A stretch of DNA of 64,000 nucleotides, taken from the NCBI GenBank assembly GCA_003194445.1, contig PQXF01000001.1, positions 140,014 to 204,013 of the forward strand. Reading direction: 5' to 3'. Every line of letters starts with the position of its first letter. Position 1 is the first letter of the stretch. The stretch is from Candidatus Methanogaster sp. GTDB taxonomy: Archaea; Halobacteriota; Methanosarcinia; Methanosarcinales; Methanogasteraceae. The translations under genes and the position numbers were made by a program. This document shows positions 19,253 through 30,351 of the stretch, one piece after another. Below the pieces are notes generated by a model that worked only from the letters and a program-made list of their open reading frames with translations, did no database searches and was not told the DNA's origin.

Positions 19253-20161
19253 ATGACAGAGAGGGTAAGCGCGGATACGAAAATAATTGCAGGGATTCCG
19301 GCGTATAATGAACAATATTCAGTTTGCGGCCTGATACACGCTACAATGGATTACGCAGATGATGTAATCGTTGTAGATGATGGAAGCACGGACAACACAT
19401 CAAAGCTTGCGAAACGAGCTGGCGCAGTCGTGGTGAGACACAAAATAAACCAGGGGAAGACTGCTGCGATCCAGACGATAATAGCTGAGGCGATAATGAG
19501 GGATGCGGATGTGCTTGTTTTACTGGATGCGGACGGACAGCACGACCCTGAGGAGATACCGTCACTTCTAAAACCGGTTTTGGAAGATGAATATGAGTTT
19601 GTGATGGGGTCAAGAAAGTTAAACGGATCGAAAAAGATTGGTAAGAGGCCGCTCATCCGGCCATTCGGTCAGTTTGTGTTAAAGATTGGTCTGGGCGCGA
19701 TAACCAAAAAGAAGTACACTGATCCGGAGTGTGGATTCAGGGTGCTTTCGAGACGTGCGATGGAGGTGATGGAATTTAAGGGCAGCGGGTTTTCAGTGGA
19801 AGCTGAGATGATACGTCTGGCAGAGGCGCATGGATTAAAGTCGATAGAAGTGCCTATGGCAGAGATCTATGTCGAGAATGGGTCAACACTGAATCCGTGG
19901 AGGCATGGATTTAGCAATTTGAAGAGGATCCTTGCATGGATCGCTGAGAAGAGACCGCTCTTCTTTTTCGGAGTTTTAGGGATGTGGTTTACAGTCATAG
20001 GGTTGATACTGGGTGCAAATGCCATATATATCGCCAATACCAGTGGGAATGTTGCTCTCGGGTCTGCACTTGCATCGGTGTTGTATATCGTTATCGGGGT
20101 GTTTAGTATGTTCACAGGACTGATATTAAGCGAGATTGAAAGAGGGAAGGGGCAACGATGA
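19253..20161 (+). CDS. GT2 glycosyltransferase (DPM1-like, 2 C-terminal TMs)
   Basis: IPAYNE, VVDDGSTD, LDADGQHDP; GAGGAG RBS. Confidence 0.93.
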   Translation: MTERVSADTKIIAGIPAYNEQYSVCGLIHATMDYADDVIVVDDGSTDNTSKLAKRAGAVVVRHKINQGKTAAIQTIIAEAIMRDADVLVLLDADGQHDPEEIPSLLKPVLEDEYEFVMGSRKLNGSKKIGKRPLIRPFGQFVLKIGLGAITKKKYTDPECGFRVLSRRAMEVMEFKGSGFSVEAEMIRLAEAHGLKSIEVPMAEIYVENGSTLNPWRHGFSNLKRILAWIAEKRPLFFFGVLGMWFTVIGLILGANAIYIANTSGNVALGSALASVLYIVIGVFSMFTGLILSEIERGKGQR

Positions 20162-20547
20162 AGCGAATTGCAATCATTTTGGGGACGAGACCGGAACTGA
20201 TTAAGATGTCGCCGGTGATCCGGGAATGTGAAAAGCAGGGTTTGGATTACTTTATCCTGCACACAGGGCAGCATTATTCATATAGTATGGACCGGGTCTT
20301 CTTTGAGCAACTCGGACTTCCTGAAGCTATGTATAATTTGGATGTTGGGTCGGGAAAGCACGGAGGACAGACCGCAAGGATGCTTGCCGGAATCGAGAAG
20401 ATTTTAATCGAAGAAGCTCCCGAAGTTGTCAGGGAGGAATGGGACACGAACACGGTTCTTATAAGGGCGCGGGGCTGGAATCATCCGTTTGGCGATGGTA
20501 GGGTCGGAGCGCGGATTGTGGAGATTCCCAAAGGAGGTATGACATGA
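20158..20547 (+). pseudogene. wecB: UDP-GlcNAc 2-epimerase with a large in-frame internal deletion
   Basis: GTRPELIK..HTGQHY..DTNTVL fused directly to C-terminal WNHPFGDGRVGARIVEI; only 129 aa. Confidence 0.85.
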
Positions 20548-21686
20548 AAATACTGATGACCTCGGTTGTGGACCTGAAGAAATCGCAGCACAATAGGCCA
20601 CACCAATTTGCCAGATATCTATCCGAAGATCACGAGGTCACAATCCTTAGCATAAATGACTGGTGGAAGGGGAGGCAAGACGATCTGGAAGGCTACAGCA
20701 GTGGCTTTGATGATCTCTTTGAAGGGATTGAAATTCTTTATCTCACCGAAAAGAAGGTAAATCCGGTCTTGCAGGAACTGTTCTCTGCGAAGAGGGTAAA
20801 AGAAGTTCTAAAGAGAGATTTTGATGTTCATCTGAACTACAACACGCTGATGTCCGGATATTTCGTTTCCAAACGGATAAAAACCGTCTATGATCTGGCA
20901 GATGATCTGGGTGCGATGATACGGGCATCCCCTCAGATACCAGGATTGCTGAGACCTTTCGGCGGAGTTATAGGGAATTTTATGATGGATGTAAATATCA
21001 AGAGGTCGGAACGGGTGACAGTAACAACCGATGTACTGATGCGCTCATACAACATCCCCGGTGCCCGATGTGAAGTTATTCCGAATGGAGTAGATACAAC
21101 ACTTTTCAGAGATCGCAACGATACAAAGGAGGAACTCGGTCTTGGCGGGTTTGTCATCGGTTATGTTGGTGTTCTCAGGGAATGGGTCGACCTGAAACCC
21201 GTTTTTCTTGCTTTGAAGGATCTGGATCCTGAAATAACAATGTTAGTGGTTGGAAAAGAAGGGACATTCGAAGAGAATGTGAATCTGGCTAAAAGGTGCG
21301 GTGTACAGGCGCGAGTTGTATTCACAGGGATGGTGCCATATATGGAAGTTCCAAAGTACATCTCTGCAATGGATATCTGCCTTATTCCTTTCGCGCGGGG
21401 CGCCATCTCAGAAAACTCCCTTCCTTTAAAGTTATTTGAGTATATGGCGTGCGAGAAGCCTGTGATCGCAACCGAATTAGCAGGAGTTAAAGGGGTTGCT
21501 GGCGATGGCGTGATGTATGCAAATGATGCAAAAGGTTACGAGAATCGAATATCAGAACTATATGGCAATGATGAACTGAGGCGCGATATTGGCAGAGCAG
21601 GAAGGCGGCTTGTCGAATCAGGCTATGATTGGAGAAGGATTGTTAAGAGAATGGAGGGAGTGTTAGTAGAAACGGCTGCAATGTGA
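20544..21686 (+). CDS. GT4 glycosyltransferase
   Basis: IPNGVD, PLKLFEYMACEKPV. Confidence 0.92.
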   Translation: MKILMTSVVDLKKSQHNRPHQFARYLSEDHEVTILSINDWWKGRQDDLEGYSSGFDDLFEGIEILYLTEKKVNPVLQELFSAKRVKEVLKRDFDVHLNYNTLMSGYFVSKRIKTVYDLADDLGAMIRASPQIPGLLRPFGGVIGNFMMDVNIKRSERVTVTTDVLMRSYNIPGARCEVIPNGVDTTLFRDRNDTKEELGLGGFVIGYVGVLREWVDLKPVFLALKDLDPEITMLVVGKEGTFEENVNLAKRCGVQARVVFTGMVPYMEVPKYISAMDICLIPFARGAISENSLPLKLFEYMACEKPVIATELAGVKGVAGDGVMYANDAKGYENRISELYGNDELRRDIGRAGRRLVESGYDWRRIVKRMEGVLVETAAM

Positions 21687-22837
21687 CAGATATTCCGATT
21701 AAAATGAGCAGAGAACACCTGGCAACGTGCGTTATTGCGTACCCTGTTAGTAAAGCGTTTGCCACCCCTTTATCAAATACGGAAAAAATATTGCGTTCAT
21801 TCTCAGATGTTCGCGTTATCACCGGAACTATAGAGGATGCCAGAGTCGAAACGGATCTGTCAGGTGTCCGAACTTATGGGGTGCAACACAAAACGACGAC
21901 GAACGTATTTGTCTGGATTTTACGGTATCTGCTATTAGAGGTAAGGATATCTTTGATCATGGCGAAGGTAGCGCAAAAAGCGGATGTGTGCATATTCTTT
22001 ATGGAAGGGGGCGCTTTATTGCCCGTCTTGATCGCAAAGGTGCTGGGTAAAAAGACCATACGGGTGGTGCCGTCTTCTATTTTAAAAGAGACTGCCAAAT
22101 CCCACAAAATAAAACGCGTCGCGCTCCTGCCGCTAATCTGTCTGCAAACCATCGCTTATGCACTGTCAGATATGATCGTGCTTTACTCCCCGGATCTGAT
22201 CAAAGAATGGGGCTTGGAAAAACACAAAAATAAAATTTGTATTGCACACGAGCATTTTTTAGACTTTGATACACTCAAGATAAGGAAGGAATATAAAAAG
22301 AGGGATAATTTTGTCGGCTACATCGGGCGTCTGGATGAAGAGAAAGGTGCATTGAATTTCGTTAGAGCAATTCCGGAAATAATGAAAGAAAAAGACGATT
22401 TGGAATTCATAATAGGGGGGGATGGGTGGTTACGAGATGAAATCGAAAAATACATAAGAAAAGAAAATTTAGGCGATAAAGTGAAACTTACAGGATGGAT
22501 CCCTCATGGCGAAATTCCGGATTACTTGAATACGTTGAAATTGGTTGTTTTGCCGTCATACACCGAAGGACTGCCAAATCTCATGCTCGAGGCGATGGCG
22601 TATGGCACGCCGGTTCTTGCAACACCGGTTGGCTCGATACAAGATGTGATAAAAGACGGTGAAACCGGATTTATTATGCAGGACAATTCTCCAGAGTGCA
22701 TTGCAGAAAATGTGGTGCGGGCACTCGATCACCCGGATATGGAGTGTGTTATGGGGCGTGCTGAGGCACTGGTTGCGCAGACGTTTACATATAAAGCTGC
22801 TACAGAGAGGTATAAGGAAATAATAGGGGACATTTAA
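21683..22837 (+). CDS. GT4 glycosyltransferase
   Basis: GRLDEEKG, PSYTEGLPNLMLEAMA. Confidence 0.92.
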   Translation: MTDIPIKMSREHLATCVIAYPVSKAFATPLSNTEKILRSFSDVRVITGTIEDARVETDLSGVRTYGVQHKTTTNVFVWILRYLLLEVRISLIMAKVAQKADVCIFFMEGGALLPVLIAKVLGKKTIRVVPSSILKETAKSHKIKRVALLPLICLQTIAYALSDMIVLYSPDLIKEWGLEKHKNKICIAHEHFLDFDTLKIRKEYKKRDNFVGYIGRLDEEKGALNFVRAIPEIMKEKDDLEFIIGGDGWLRDEIEKYIRKENLGDKVKLTGWIPHGEIPDYLNTLKLVVLPSYTEGLPNLMLEAMAYGTPVLATPVGSIQDVIKDGETGFIMQDNSPECIAENVVRALDHPDMECVMGRAEALVAQTFTYKAATERYKEIIGDI

Positions 22838-22847
22838 GGGGTTAAAA

Positions 22848-24941
22848 ATGATATGGAGGTACGGGCGCAATGGCTGGTTCGTGTCTATGCTATCGGTACT
22901 TGTTCTGGTAGACATCGCTGTTCTTTTAAATATCCCGGTCTTAAGGCAAATTCTTGGATTCATCTTTCTCGCGATCTTACCAGGAGCATTGATCCTCCGA
23001 ATTCTAAACCCAGGTAAGTCAGAACTTGTAGAGGAGATTGTGCTATCGGTTGGACTCAGCATCTCATTCCTGATGTTCTTTGGGCTGGTGATGAACAATA
23101 TAGCTCTCAGTCTTGGCTACCTGACCCCGTTATCCACGACTTCATTGTTGGTTTTGTTCAATATAATATTAATTATATTTATTATTGTGGGACATGGATT
23201 AAACAAAGATGTGGCATTTTCAATATCTACACTCGATTTAAAGAGATCGGAAAAGACGTTTTTGATCGTTCCAGTTTTATTTCCAGCGTTAAGCATATTT
23301 GGAATGCACATAATGAATACAACAAATAATAACCTGCTCCTGCTACTTCTTTTGCTTTTAATTCCATGCTATGTTGCTTTCGTCTGCACCTTCAACCGGG
23401 AATTTCCAGAGAGGCTTTACCCGGTTGTCATAATCTTGATCGCCACATCACTTTTGCTTATTTTCATGTTGAGATCTCCGCATATCTGCGGACACGATGT
23501 ACATACGGAATATGGCATTTTCTTCCGGACAACTCTTCGGAATCTGCACTGGAGCGTACTGGGACACTCTATACTCGATGCTTGTTTGAGTATCTCGTTG
23601 CTGCCCACCATATTCCAAACCATTATGGGCGTGGATGCACACGAGTACCTCTTCAAAGGTGTTTATGTCGCAGTATGCTCTTTTAGCCCATTGGTAATAT
23701 ATATAATATCAAAGGAATATGTTAATAATTTATATGCGTTCATAGCTTCTTTCTTCTTCATATCACAATCGGCTTTTTTGGTGACGGCAGGAAGCCCGCG
23801 CACGAATGTTGCAATATTCTTCGTTGCTCTAACGGTCATGGTTTTCTTAAGTAGCAAAATCGATCCGATCAAGAAAAAAATCCTGTTGATTGTTTTTTTG
23901 TTTTCCACGGTTGTATCGCACTATTCAACCACATACATATTCTTCTTCATAATACTTCTCGCATGGCTCGGAGCAGAAACGCTTTCAAAGAGATGCGTCT
24001 TTGAGAAACTCCTGAGTTTGAAACTTGTGTTGATATTCTTTGTCTTTATCTTCCTCTGGTACGCTCAGGTGACAGAAGGTGCGTTTGATGCAGGAGTTAC
24101 TTTCATCGGGGATACAATTAGCAATTTAAACAACTTTTTTATAGAGGAATCCAGAACACCGGAATTAAAGCAATTATTCGGTCAAGGACTCGAATATCCG
24201 ATACTGAACAGAGTGAACCTTGCTATTACATGGAGTACGTTTATTTTTATCGGCATAGGCGTCTACACAATATTCAAAAGATCCGAAGAGATGGGAGCTG
24301 CATCCAATAAAAAAACAAAATGTAACGTGGAATATCTATTAATGACATTAATATGTGTTGGGCTGCTGACGGCAATGGTCGTGCTTCCTTACATCTCGCA
24401 GGGATATGGAATCTACAGGTTGTACCTACTGACGATGGTTATCTTATCCGTATGTTTTGTTTTAGGTGGCATAACAATATCGAAACATCTGAAATTACAA
24501 GCTTGTCTGACCATATTGTTGGTATTGATACCTTATTTCCTGTTTGCGACCGGTGCGGTGCAGCAGATGTGCGGCGCACCGGTTATATACACCCTAAACT
24601 CCGAAGGAAAAGGATATGCTGTGGAATATCTTCATGACCATGAAAGTTGTGCTGCAAAATGGATCGCGGAAAGTAAAGGGCGGGATTTTCAGATTAACAC
24701 TACCGATTGGCACGGTAAACGGAAGTTGATAAGCCAGGGAGGGATCCCTCCGGAGCAGATTGGCTACGATAGTTTCCTGGAGCATAAGCAGATTGATGAA
24801 TATATCTATCTAAGCTATAATAATGTGGTCAATGGCAAATTTGAAGAAAAGAACGAATGGTATAACATGAGTGAGTTTTCAGATGCTTTTATTGGAAAAA
24901 GCCAGATATATAATAATAGCGGTTCAGAGATATGGGAATAA
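22848..24941 (+). CDS. DUF2206-type polytopic membrane protein (GT-C/polymerase-like)
   Basis: Many TMs; ILPG, GHDVHTEY, SHYSTTY, IYNN motifs. Confidence 0.8.
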   Translation: MIWRYGRNGWFVSMLSVLVLVDIAVLLNIPVLRQILGFIFLAILPGALILRILNPGKSELVEEIVLSVGLSISFLMFFGLVMNNIALSLGYLTPLSTTSLLVLFNIILIIFIIVGHGLNKDVAFSISTLDLKRSEKTFLIVPVLFPALSIFGMHIMNTTNNNLLLLLLLLLIPCYVAFVCTFNREFPERLYPVVIILIATSLLLIFMLRSPHICGHDVHTEYGIFFRTTLRNLHWSVLGHSILDACLSISLLPTIFQTIMGVDAHEYLFKGVYVAVCSFSPLVIYIISKEYVNNLYAFIASFFFISQSAFLVTAGSPRTNVAIFFVALTVMVFLSSKIDPIKKKILLIVFLFSTVVSHYSTTYIFFFIILLAWLGAETLSKRCVFEKLLSLKLVLIFFVFIFLWYAQVTEGAFDAGVTFIGDTISNLNNFFIEESRTPELKQLFGQGLEYPILNRVNLAITWSTFIFIGIGVYTIFKRSEEMGAASNKKTKCNVEYLLMTLICVGLLTAMVVLPYISQGYGIYRLYLLTMVILSVCFVLGGITISKHLKLQACLTILLVLIPYFLFATGAVQQMCGAPVIYTLNSEGKGYAVEYLHDHESCAAKWIAESKGRDFQINTTDWHGKRKLISQGGIPPEQIGYDSFLEHKQIDEYIYLSYNNVVNGKFEEKNEWYNMSEFSDAFIGKSQIYNNSGSEIWE

Positions 24942-26155
24942 AAATAAATATGTGCATGTTATTCGAACTCCGGTATGACCCAAGGATGCTGGTGGTACCG
25001 CAGATCGGGGTCGTAAGTTACATAACCAACTTTGGTCATGATGTTACATGGGTTCTGCCATCTGAGGGGGCAAAAGAAGTTCGGAAGGAGACTCTTGGGG
25101 GCGTATCTGTTTTTGCAGTTCCGTATAGGTCAGGAAAAGGTCTTTTGGATTATGTCAATAAAACGGTGTATGCTCTTCGAAGGGCGCGCTTCGTGTCCGG
25201 TCTTTTTAAGCAAGAGCAGTACAACATGGTATTTGCAGGGGATTGCATCTTCGATGCACTACTGGCACTCTATATAAAGCGAAGATACAGCGTTCCTTTT
25301 GTTCTTGAACTGGGAAATCCGGTCGAACAGGATGGGGAATTTCACAAAGTTTATCATTCGAATCACAAACATCTCTGGCAGCTCATATCAAAGATCAATG
25401 TTTATCTTCTCATGCACGCACTTCGTGACGCGGATCTGGTCCTTCCGATAAGTAAATGGTTAAAAGAGGATTTTATTAAGAAAGGGATAGGGGCATCAAA
25501 GATACTGCCGCTTCCGGAAGGTATGGATGCGGACAGGTTTTCGGATGCGGATGGTGACGCTATACGAAGACAGTATAATTTAGACGGTTCGGGTGTTGTC
25601 GTATACGTGGGAACGATGGATAAGATGAGACATCTGGATACGTTGATTCATGCGACTTCAGAGGTGAAGAATCGCGGGAGAAGGGTGAAGCTATTGATGG
25701 TTGGCGATGGCGATGACAAAACCGATCTCGAAAGACTTGCATGCGAACTTGGTATCGGTGATGACGTGGTGTTCACAGGGCAGGTCTATTCCGATGAAGT
25801 CCCGAATTTTATTGCTGCGGCAGATGTTGGGGTATCGCCGGTTCCGCCGTTTGATTTTTACAAGTTCAGTTCACCAATTAAACTATTTGAATATACGGCG
25901 GTCAGAAAACCGGTTGTGGCAAATAAGGAGATACCGGAACATGATGAAGTTATCCGGAAGAGCGGCTGTGGTGTTCTGGTGCAGTTTACTGGTGAATCGT
26001 TTGCGGAGGGGATAATTAAATTGTTGGATGATCCTGAAATGGCAGAGGAGATGGGCAAGAAAGGATATAAGTGGGGTGTTACTAACAGATCTTATGAAAC
26101 GACGGCTCGTGGGGTGGAGAAGAGGTGTCTTGGACTTTTGAAGGATAGTATTTAA
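24932..26155 (+). CDS. GT4 glycosyltransferase
   Basis: SSPIKLFEY..KPVVA. Confidence 0.9.
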   Translation: MGIKINMCMLFELRYDPRMLVVPQIGVVSYITNFGHDVTWVLPSEGAKEVRKETLGGVSVFAVPYRSGKGLLDYVNKTVYALRRARFVSGLFKQEQYNMVFAGDCIFDALLALYIKRRYSVPFVLELGNPVEQDGEFHKVYHSNHKHLWQLISKINVYLLMHALRDADLVLPISKWLKEDFIKKGIGASKILPLPEGMDADRFSDADGDAIRRQYNLDGSGVVVYVGTMDKMRHLDTLIHATSEVKNRGRRVKLLMVGDGDDKTDLERLACELGIGDDVVFTGQVYSDEVPNFIAAADVGVSPVPPFDFYKFSSPIKLFEYTAVRKPVVANKEIPEHDEVIRKSGCGVLVQFTGESFAEGIIKLLDDPEMAEEMGKKGYKWGVTNRSYETTARGVEKRCLGLLKDSI

Positions 26156-26178
26156 TAAAAAGACACGGAGACAAATCT

Positions 26179-27690
26179 ATGAGGTCAACAGACGAGAAAC
26201 ATGGGGCGGCATCGAACATGGTTACTTTTTACCATGATATCGAGCAAGATATCGATAGTGAAGCAGATCCCGGGGAATGCCGGAAGGTTGTAAAGGAATT
26301 TTTAGAATTAGAAAAGCGATACGATGTTCCTGCAACTTACAATATTGTAGGGCGGATATTTCAAGAACAGCCCGTCCTCATAGAGTGTATCCTCCGGGAA
26401 GGCCAGGAAGTGGCTTTTCACTCTTATAACCACCAATCCGACTGGCAACCCCCCTACTACTCCGATGAAATTGATCTGTGCAGAAAAGCTTCCCCAATAC
26501 CCTGTGGATACCGCTCTCCAAGGTCACAATGGGATCGAAACACATTAAAAACGCTCTGGGAAAGAGGATTTCTATGGAACGCCGAGTGTGATACACATAA
26601 AGAACCTTACTTCATCCATAACGGGTTGGTACGTTTGCCCATAGCTACCGACGACTGGCTCCTTCATACCAGGGACATGGATGTCGATGAGTGGGTCAAA
26701 CAATTCCCAGTGCTACTGAAGAGCAGACCTTACTTTGGTTTTGGTTCTCATGACTATATAATCAGTTTTGCGCCCAAAGATCGGCTTAAAGCGTGGGAAC
26801 GAGTGTTACAGATGGCGGTTGAAAACGAAGTACTCATGGTCACATTCTCTGAAGCAGCAGATCTATTTAGACGCGCGAAAGTTTCGCGATATTACAGTAG
26901 CACTGCAAAGGATTGGAATCGCGGTACAAAAACGCTTTACCGGACAAAGCGCTTTCAGGAACTGATTAGAGGTGAAGCCGAGAGACTGAACCAGCCGATT
27001 GTCGTTGATCTGGGTTCTGCCGGAGGGGCACTCTCGTTGCCACTACAAGATATTGCAAAGAAAATTTACTTGATAGACAATGCACCCGGTATGGTCGGAG
27101 AGGTCAGTTCAAACGGCCGCATCCGGGCGTGTCAGGGCGATGTCACGGAGTCCAACCTACCTGACAGGATATGCGATTTCGTGATCTGTGCCCGCATAAT
27201 CGAATACCTGTTCTGGCCAGATCGCCTTGCTGATGAGATCAAGCGAATCGGCAGGATCGGAGCTACCTATCTCGTAACCTTTCCAGCTTTTCGTGAAACT
27301 CTCCCGCCCCATGCGGGACCTGCGCCCGACAGGATAAGGCGATATTTCACGCCCGATGAGATCCGAAAGTGGGCAGACCGGATCGGTCCGGGCAGTCTCA
27401 TCGGCATCCAGTATGAGGTGGCAGAACCTGACAGCCCCGAAACAGAAGAACGCTACCGGGCAATCGAGAAGGATCAACCACCGAATGCATATCCGACGAA
27501 CTGGGTGTATATCGGGAGTATCGAGAACGATTCTACAACAAAACGCCATAAAAAGATTATTCCAGTGTCGGCTTTCGATTTCCGTTTTCCAAGCGATCGC
27601 TACGAACGTATCCGGACGTGTATGGATTTAGTGAAAAGACACTTTCCGAAACCGATCCTGCGACTTGGGAAGTGGGTTAAGGGCATATAA
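26179..27690 (+). CDS. Polysaccharide deacetylase (NodB-like) fused to a class I methyltransferase
   Basis: TFYHDIE, EVAFHSYNH, GYRSP N-terminal; VDLGSAGG C-terminal. Confidence 0.8.
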   Translation: MRSTDEKHGAASNMVTFYHDIEQDIDSEADPGECRKVVKEFLELEKRYDVPATYNIVGRIFQEQPVLIECILREGQEVAFHSYNHQSDWQPPYYSDEIDLCRKASPIPCGYRSPRSQWDRNTLKTLWERGFLWNAECDTHKEPYFIHNGLVRLPIATDDWLLHTRDMDVDEWVKQFPVLLKSRPYFGFGSHDYIISFAPKDRLKAWERVLQMAVENEVLMVTFSEAADLFRRAKVSRYYSSTAKDWNRGTKTLYRTKRFQELIRGEAERLNQPIVVDLGSAGGALSLPLQDIAKKIYLIDNAPGMVGEVSSNGRIRACQGDVTESNLPDRICDFVICARIIEYLFWPDRLADEIKRIGRIGATYLVTFPAFRETLPPHAGPAPDRIRRYFTPDEIRKWADRIGPGSLIGIQYEVAEPDSPETEERYRAIEKDQPPNAYPTNWVYIGSIENDSTTKRHKKIIPVSAFDFRFPSDRYERIRTCMDLVKRHFPKPILRLGKWVKGI

Positions 27691-27719
27691 ATGGAATTAT
27701 GCAGTTTCAGAGATCAAAT

Positions 27720-29144
27720 TTATCTTCCCAATATCTGCTTAAACAATTGCAGATCGTCATCCGAAAATGCTCTCGTTAGATATAACACAAAACAATAGAG
27801 ACTTGCTGCTAAAATAATCACTAAAATTAAATTAAACTCCATGAATTGATAGATAACAACCCCCATAATCAGACTGGCGATCGAGGGTTTTATCAGTATC
27901 TTGCCTACCTGAAGTTTATAAAAGCTTTTTGAGATGATGCTGAAGAACAAGGCGATGAGAAGCGTTTCCGTTATTATCGTTGCTATCGCTGCCCCGACGT
28001 AACTGAAAGGTGGGATCAAAACCAAATTTAATATAATATTTACCAATGCGGCACAGCCTGCAATAGCAGCCATCCGGTTCTGTTTAGTAAGCGAGACCAG
28101 TACAAATGCCATGCAGAAGTATGAAAAAAATAACAGGACATCCCACGACAATATCTGAAGCGCAAGTATCGAAGGATGAAATTGTTGACCGTAAAAAAGA
28201 AGAATAAACCGATCTGCAAGCAGTGTCATCAGAACAACAATCGGCAACCCCAGGATAAATAGATACTTAAACGACTTTTCATAGACTGTTTTCAACGAAT
28301 CCGTAGAAGATGTGTAATAACCAGCCATTAATGGAAAAAGAGCATTCATGAATAGGTGTGGAATTGGTTTGAAACCTAAAACCAGATTATACGCGGCATT
28401 ATACCAGCCGACGACCGCATCTCCCTTCATCATCGAGAGCATTACGGTATCCATGCTTGTATATATCAAACCAAAGATTGATAACATGCCGATCGGCAGT
28501 GCAACCTTCATCGTACTCTTCCAAAACCCAAAATCCGGCTCCATCTTCGGCTTCACAAACCTCCTCGTGCATACAACAAAGCAAAATAATAAATCAAGAA
28601 TACTTGATAGTATAAAGACCAGTGCAAGTTCTATCAATCCATAACCCATGAACAGAACCAATAATCCCAGAGAGAGTCGTATCATGGCTGCGAAAATCGT
28701 GATACTTGCTTCATATTCCATCTTTTCAAAGACGCGGAAGGTCACTTTAAAGACATCAGAAAAAGACAGGATAAGCAGGTAAACGCCGAAAAGATATACG
28801 ACGTTCTTTGTGTCTGCCGGATAACCCAGCACATTAACTGCTATCACGATTGAAGTGAAGATTACAGGGAACAAAAATGCACGCATGAGCAGGACATTAC
28901 TCAGATACTTGCTTGCCTGTGATTTGTCTCTTGCAACGTCCCTGATCAGCAGCGTATTATACCCTAAATCCGAGAAGACGGCAAAGATCGACGTAAAAGC
29001 AAGCGCAAAGGAATATTTGCCGAAGATAACGTCCCCTGAACTCCGGGCGATGACGATGGCTAATGCAAGCGATAATATCGCGACTGCGAATTGGGCCGCG
29101 AATAGTGCTGCGGTGTTCTTAACTATCTTCTGTACGGTATTCAT
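27720..29144 (-). CDS. Wzx-type flippase
   Basis: SDLGYNTLLIRDVAR, DTVMLS..VGWYNAA, GAAIAT. Confidence 0.92.
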   Translation of the reverse strand: MNTVQKIVKNTAALFAAQFAVAILSLALAIVIARSSGDVIFGKYSFALAFTSIFAVFSDLGYNTLLIRDVARDKSQASKYLSNVLLMRAFLFPVIFTSIVIAVNVLGYPADTKNVVYLFGVYLLILSFSDVFKVTFRVFEKMEYEASITIFAAMIRLSLGLLVLFMGYGLIELALVFILSSILDLLFCFVVCTRRFVKPKMEPDFGFWKSTMKVALPIGMLSIFGLIYTSMDTVMLSMMKGDAVVGWYNAAYNLVLGFKPIPHLFMNALFPLMAGYYTSSTDSLKTVYEKSFKYLFILGLPIVVLMTLLADRFILLFYGQQFHPSILALQILSWDVLLFFSYFCMAFVLVSLTKQNRMAAIAGCAALVNIILNLVLIPPFSYVGAAIATIITETLLIALFFSIISKSFYKLQVGKILIKPSIASLIMGVVIYQFMEFNLILVIILAASLYCFVLYLTRAFSDDDLQLFKQILGR

Positions 29145-29175
29145 CTACTCTTATCCGCGATAACCTCGAAATATT

Positions 29176-30102
29176 CTACACCGAAAACGACCTGATCGTC
29201 TCTTCGAGTCCATCTGTAAGAGCGTAAGATGGCTCATATCCGATAGACTTAGCCCGCGATATGTCGGCAAGCGAATGCCGCACATCCCCATCCCTTGGCT
29301 CCGCATGTAATATGCCCGGGTCGGTACCGGTGGCGGATGCTTCTATTACCGCTGCTGCAAGTTCATTCACACTCACCCGCGCACCGCTGCCGATGTTAAA
29401 CACTCCTGTCTTGCTGCTCCCTGCCGCAAGGATGTTTGCGCTGACAACATCCTTCACGAAGGTAAAATCTCGTGTCTGCTCTCCGTCCCCGCAGATCACG
29501 GGCGGTTTGCCATTCAGTACGCGCGTTATGAACTTCGGTATCACAGCCGCGTATTCAGAGGATGGATCCTGCTTTGGCCCGTACACGTTGAAATATCTTA
29601 AAGAGGCGGTCTTTAACCCATATATCTCGGCAAAGACCTTACAATAGTATTCACCAGCCAGTTTGGATACTGCATAAGGCGAGAGCGGGTCAGGTATCAT
29701 CCCTTCCTCTTTTGGAAGGACCGGGGTTTCGCCGTAGACTGATGAGGATGATGCATACACCACTTTCTTAACACCCTCCTGATCCGCTGCGATCAAGACG
29801 TTTAATGTTCCGCTTATGTTCACTTCATTCGTCTTTGCAGGGTCTTTTATCGAGCGGGGTACTGACGGGATCGCTGCCTGATGAAACACGTAATCGACGC
29901 CATCAAAAACCTGTTTGAGTAAGTTTAAGTCGGTTATACTACCTTCCACATATCTGTAATTCTCGTTATCGAGCAAATCTTCGTTATTTTCCGGTCTGCC
30001 GGTAGAGAGATCGTCGATAACCGTGACTTCATCCACTTCCACCAGTTCATGGGCGAGATTCGATCCGATGAATCCACAGCCGCCAGTGATTACAACATTC
30101 AT
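29176..30102 (-). CDS. NAD-dependent nucleotide-sugar epimerase (UDP-Glc/GlcNAc 4-epimerase-like)
   Basis: TGGCGFIG, YAVSK, RYFNVYGP. Confidence 0.93.
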   Translation of the reverse strand: MNVVITGGCGFIGSNLAHELVEVDEVTVIDDLSTGRPENNEDLLDNENYRYVEGSITDLNLLKQVFDGVDYVFHQAAIPSVPRSIKDPAKTNEVNISGTLNVLIAADQEGVKKVVYASSSSVYGETPVLPKEEGMIPDPLSPYAVSKLAGEYYCKVFAEIYGLKTASLRYFNVYGPKQDPSSEYAAVIPKFITRVLNGKPPVICGDGEQTRDFTFVKDVVSANILAAGSSKTGVFNIGSGARVSVNELAAAVIEASATGTDPGILHAEPRDGDVRHSLADISRAKSIGYEPSYALTDGLEETIRSFSV

Positions 30103-30351
30103 GCGTTAACATTCTTTGTTTGCAGATAAAAAATCTTCCTCTGAAGAGGGGTTGGCTTATTGGGTGTAGGGGATATCTCGATATTGCCGTTGATTCAAGT
30201 CTTGTGCCTGTTGCATCCGGAAAGAATGATTCCAACAATCCGGATGATCCTGTTATTTATTATGGCTCTCTTGTGGGTGGGGTCATACGTTGCGCAAGTT
30301 ATATATGGGGGGTATTTTGTAGTTAGTAGTGGTATAACTATGTAGCGGAGA

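Noticed and set aside
30160..30345. Small hydrophobic ORF upstream of the beta-helix gene
   Set aside because: It overlaps the divergent promoter region and has no clear RBS or recognisable motif.
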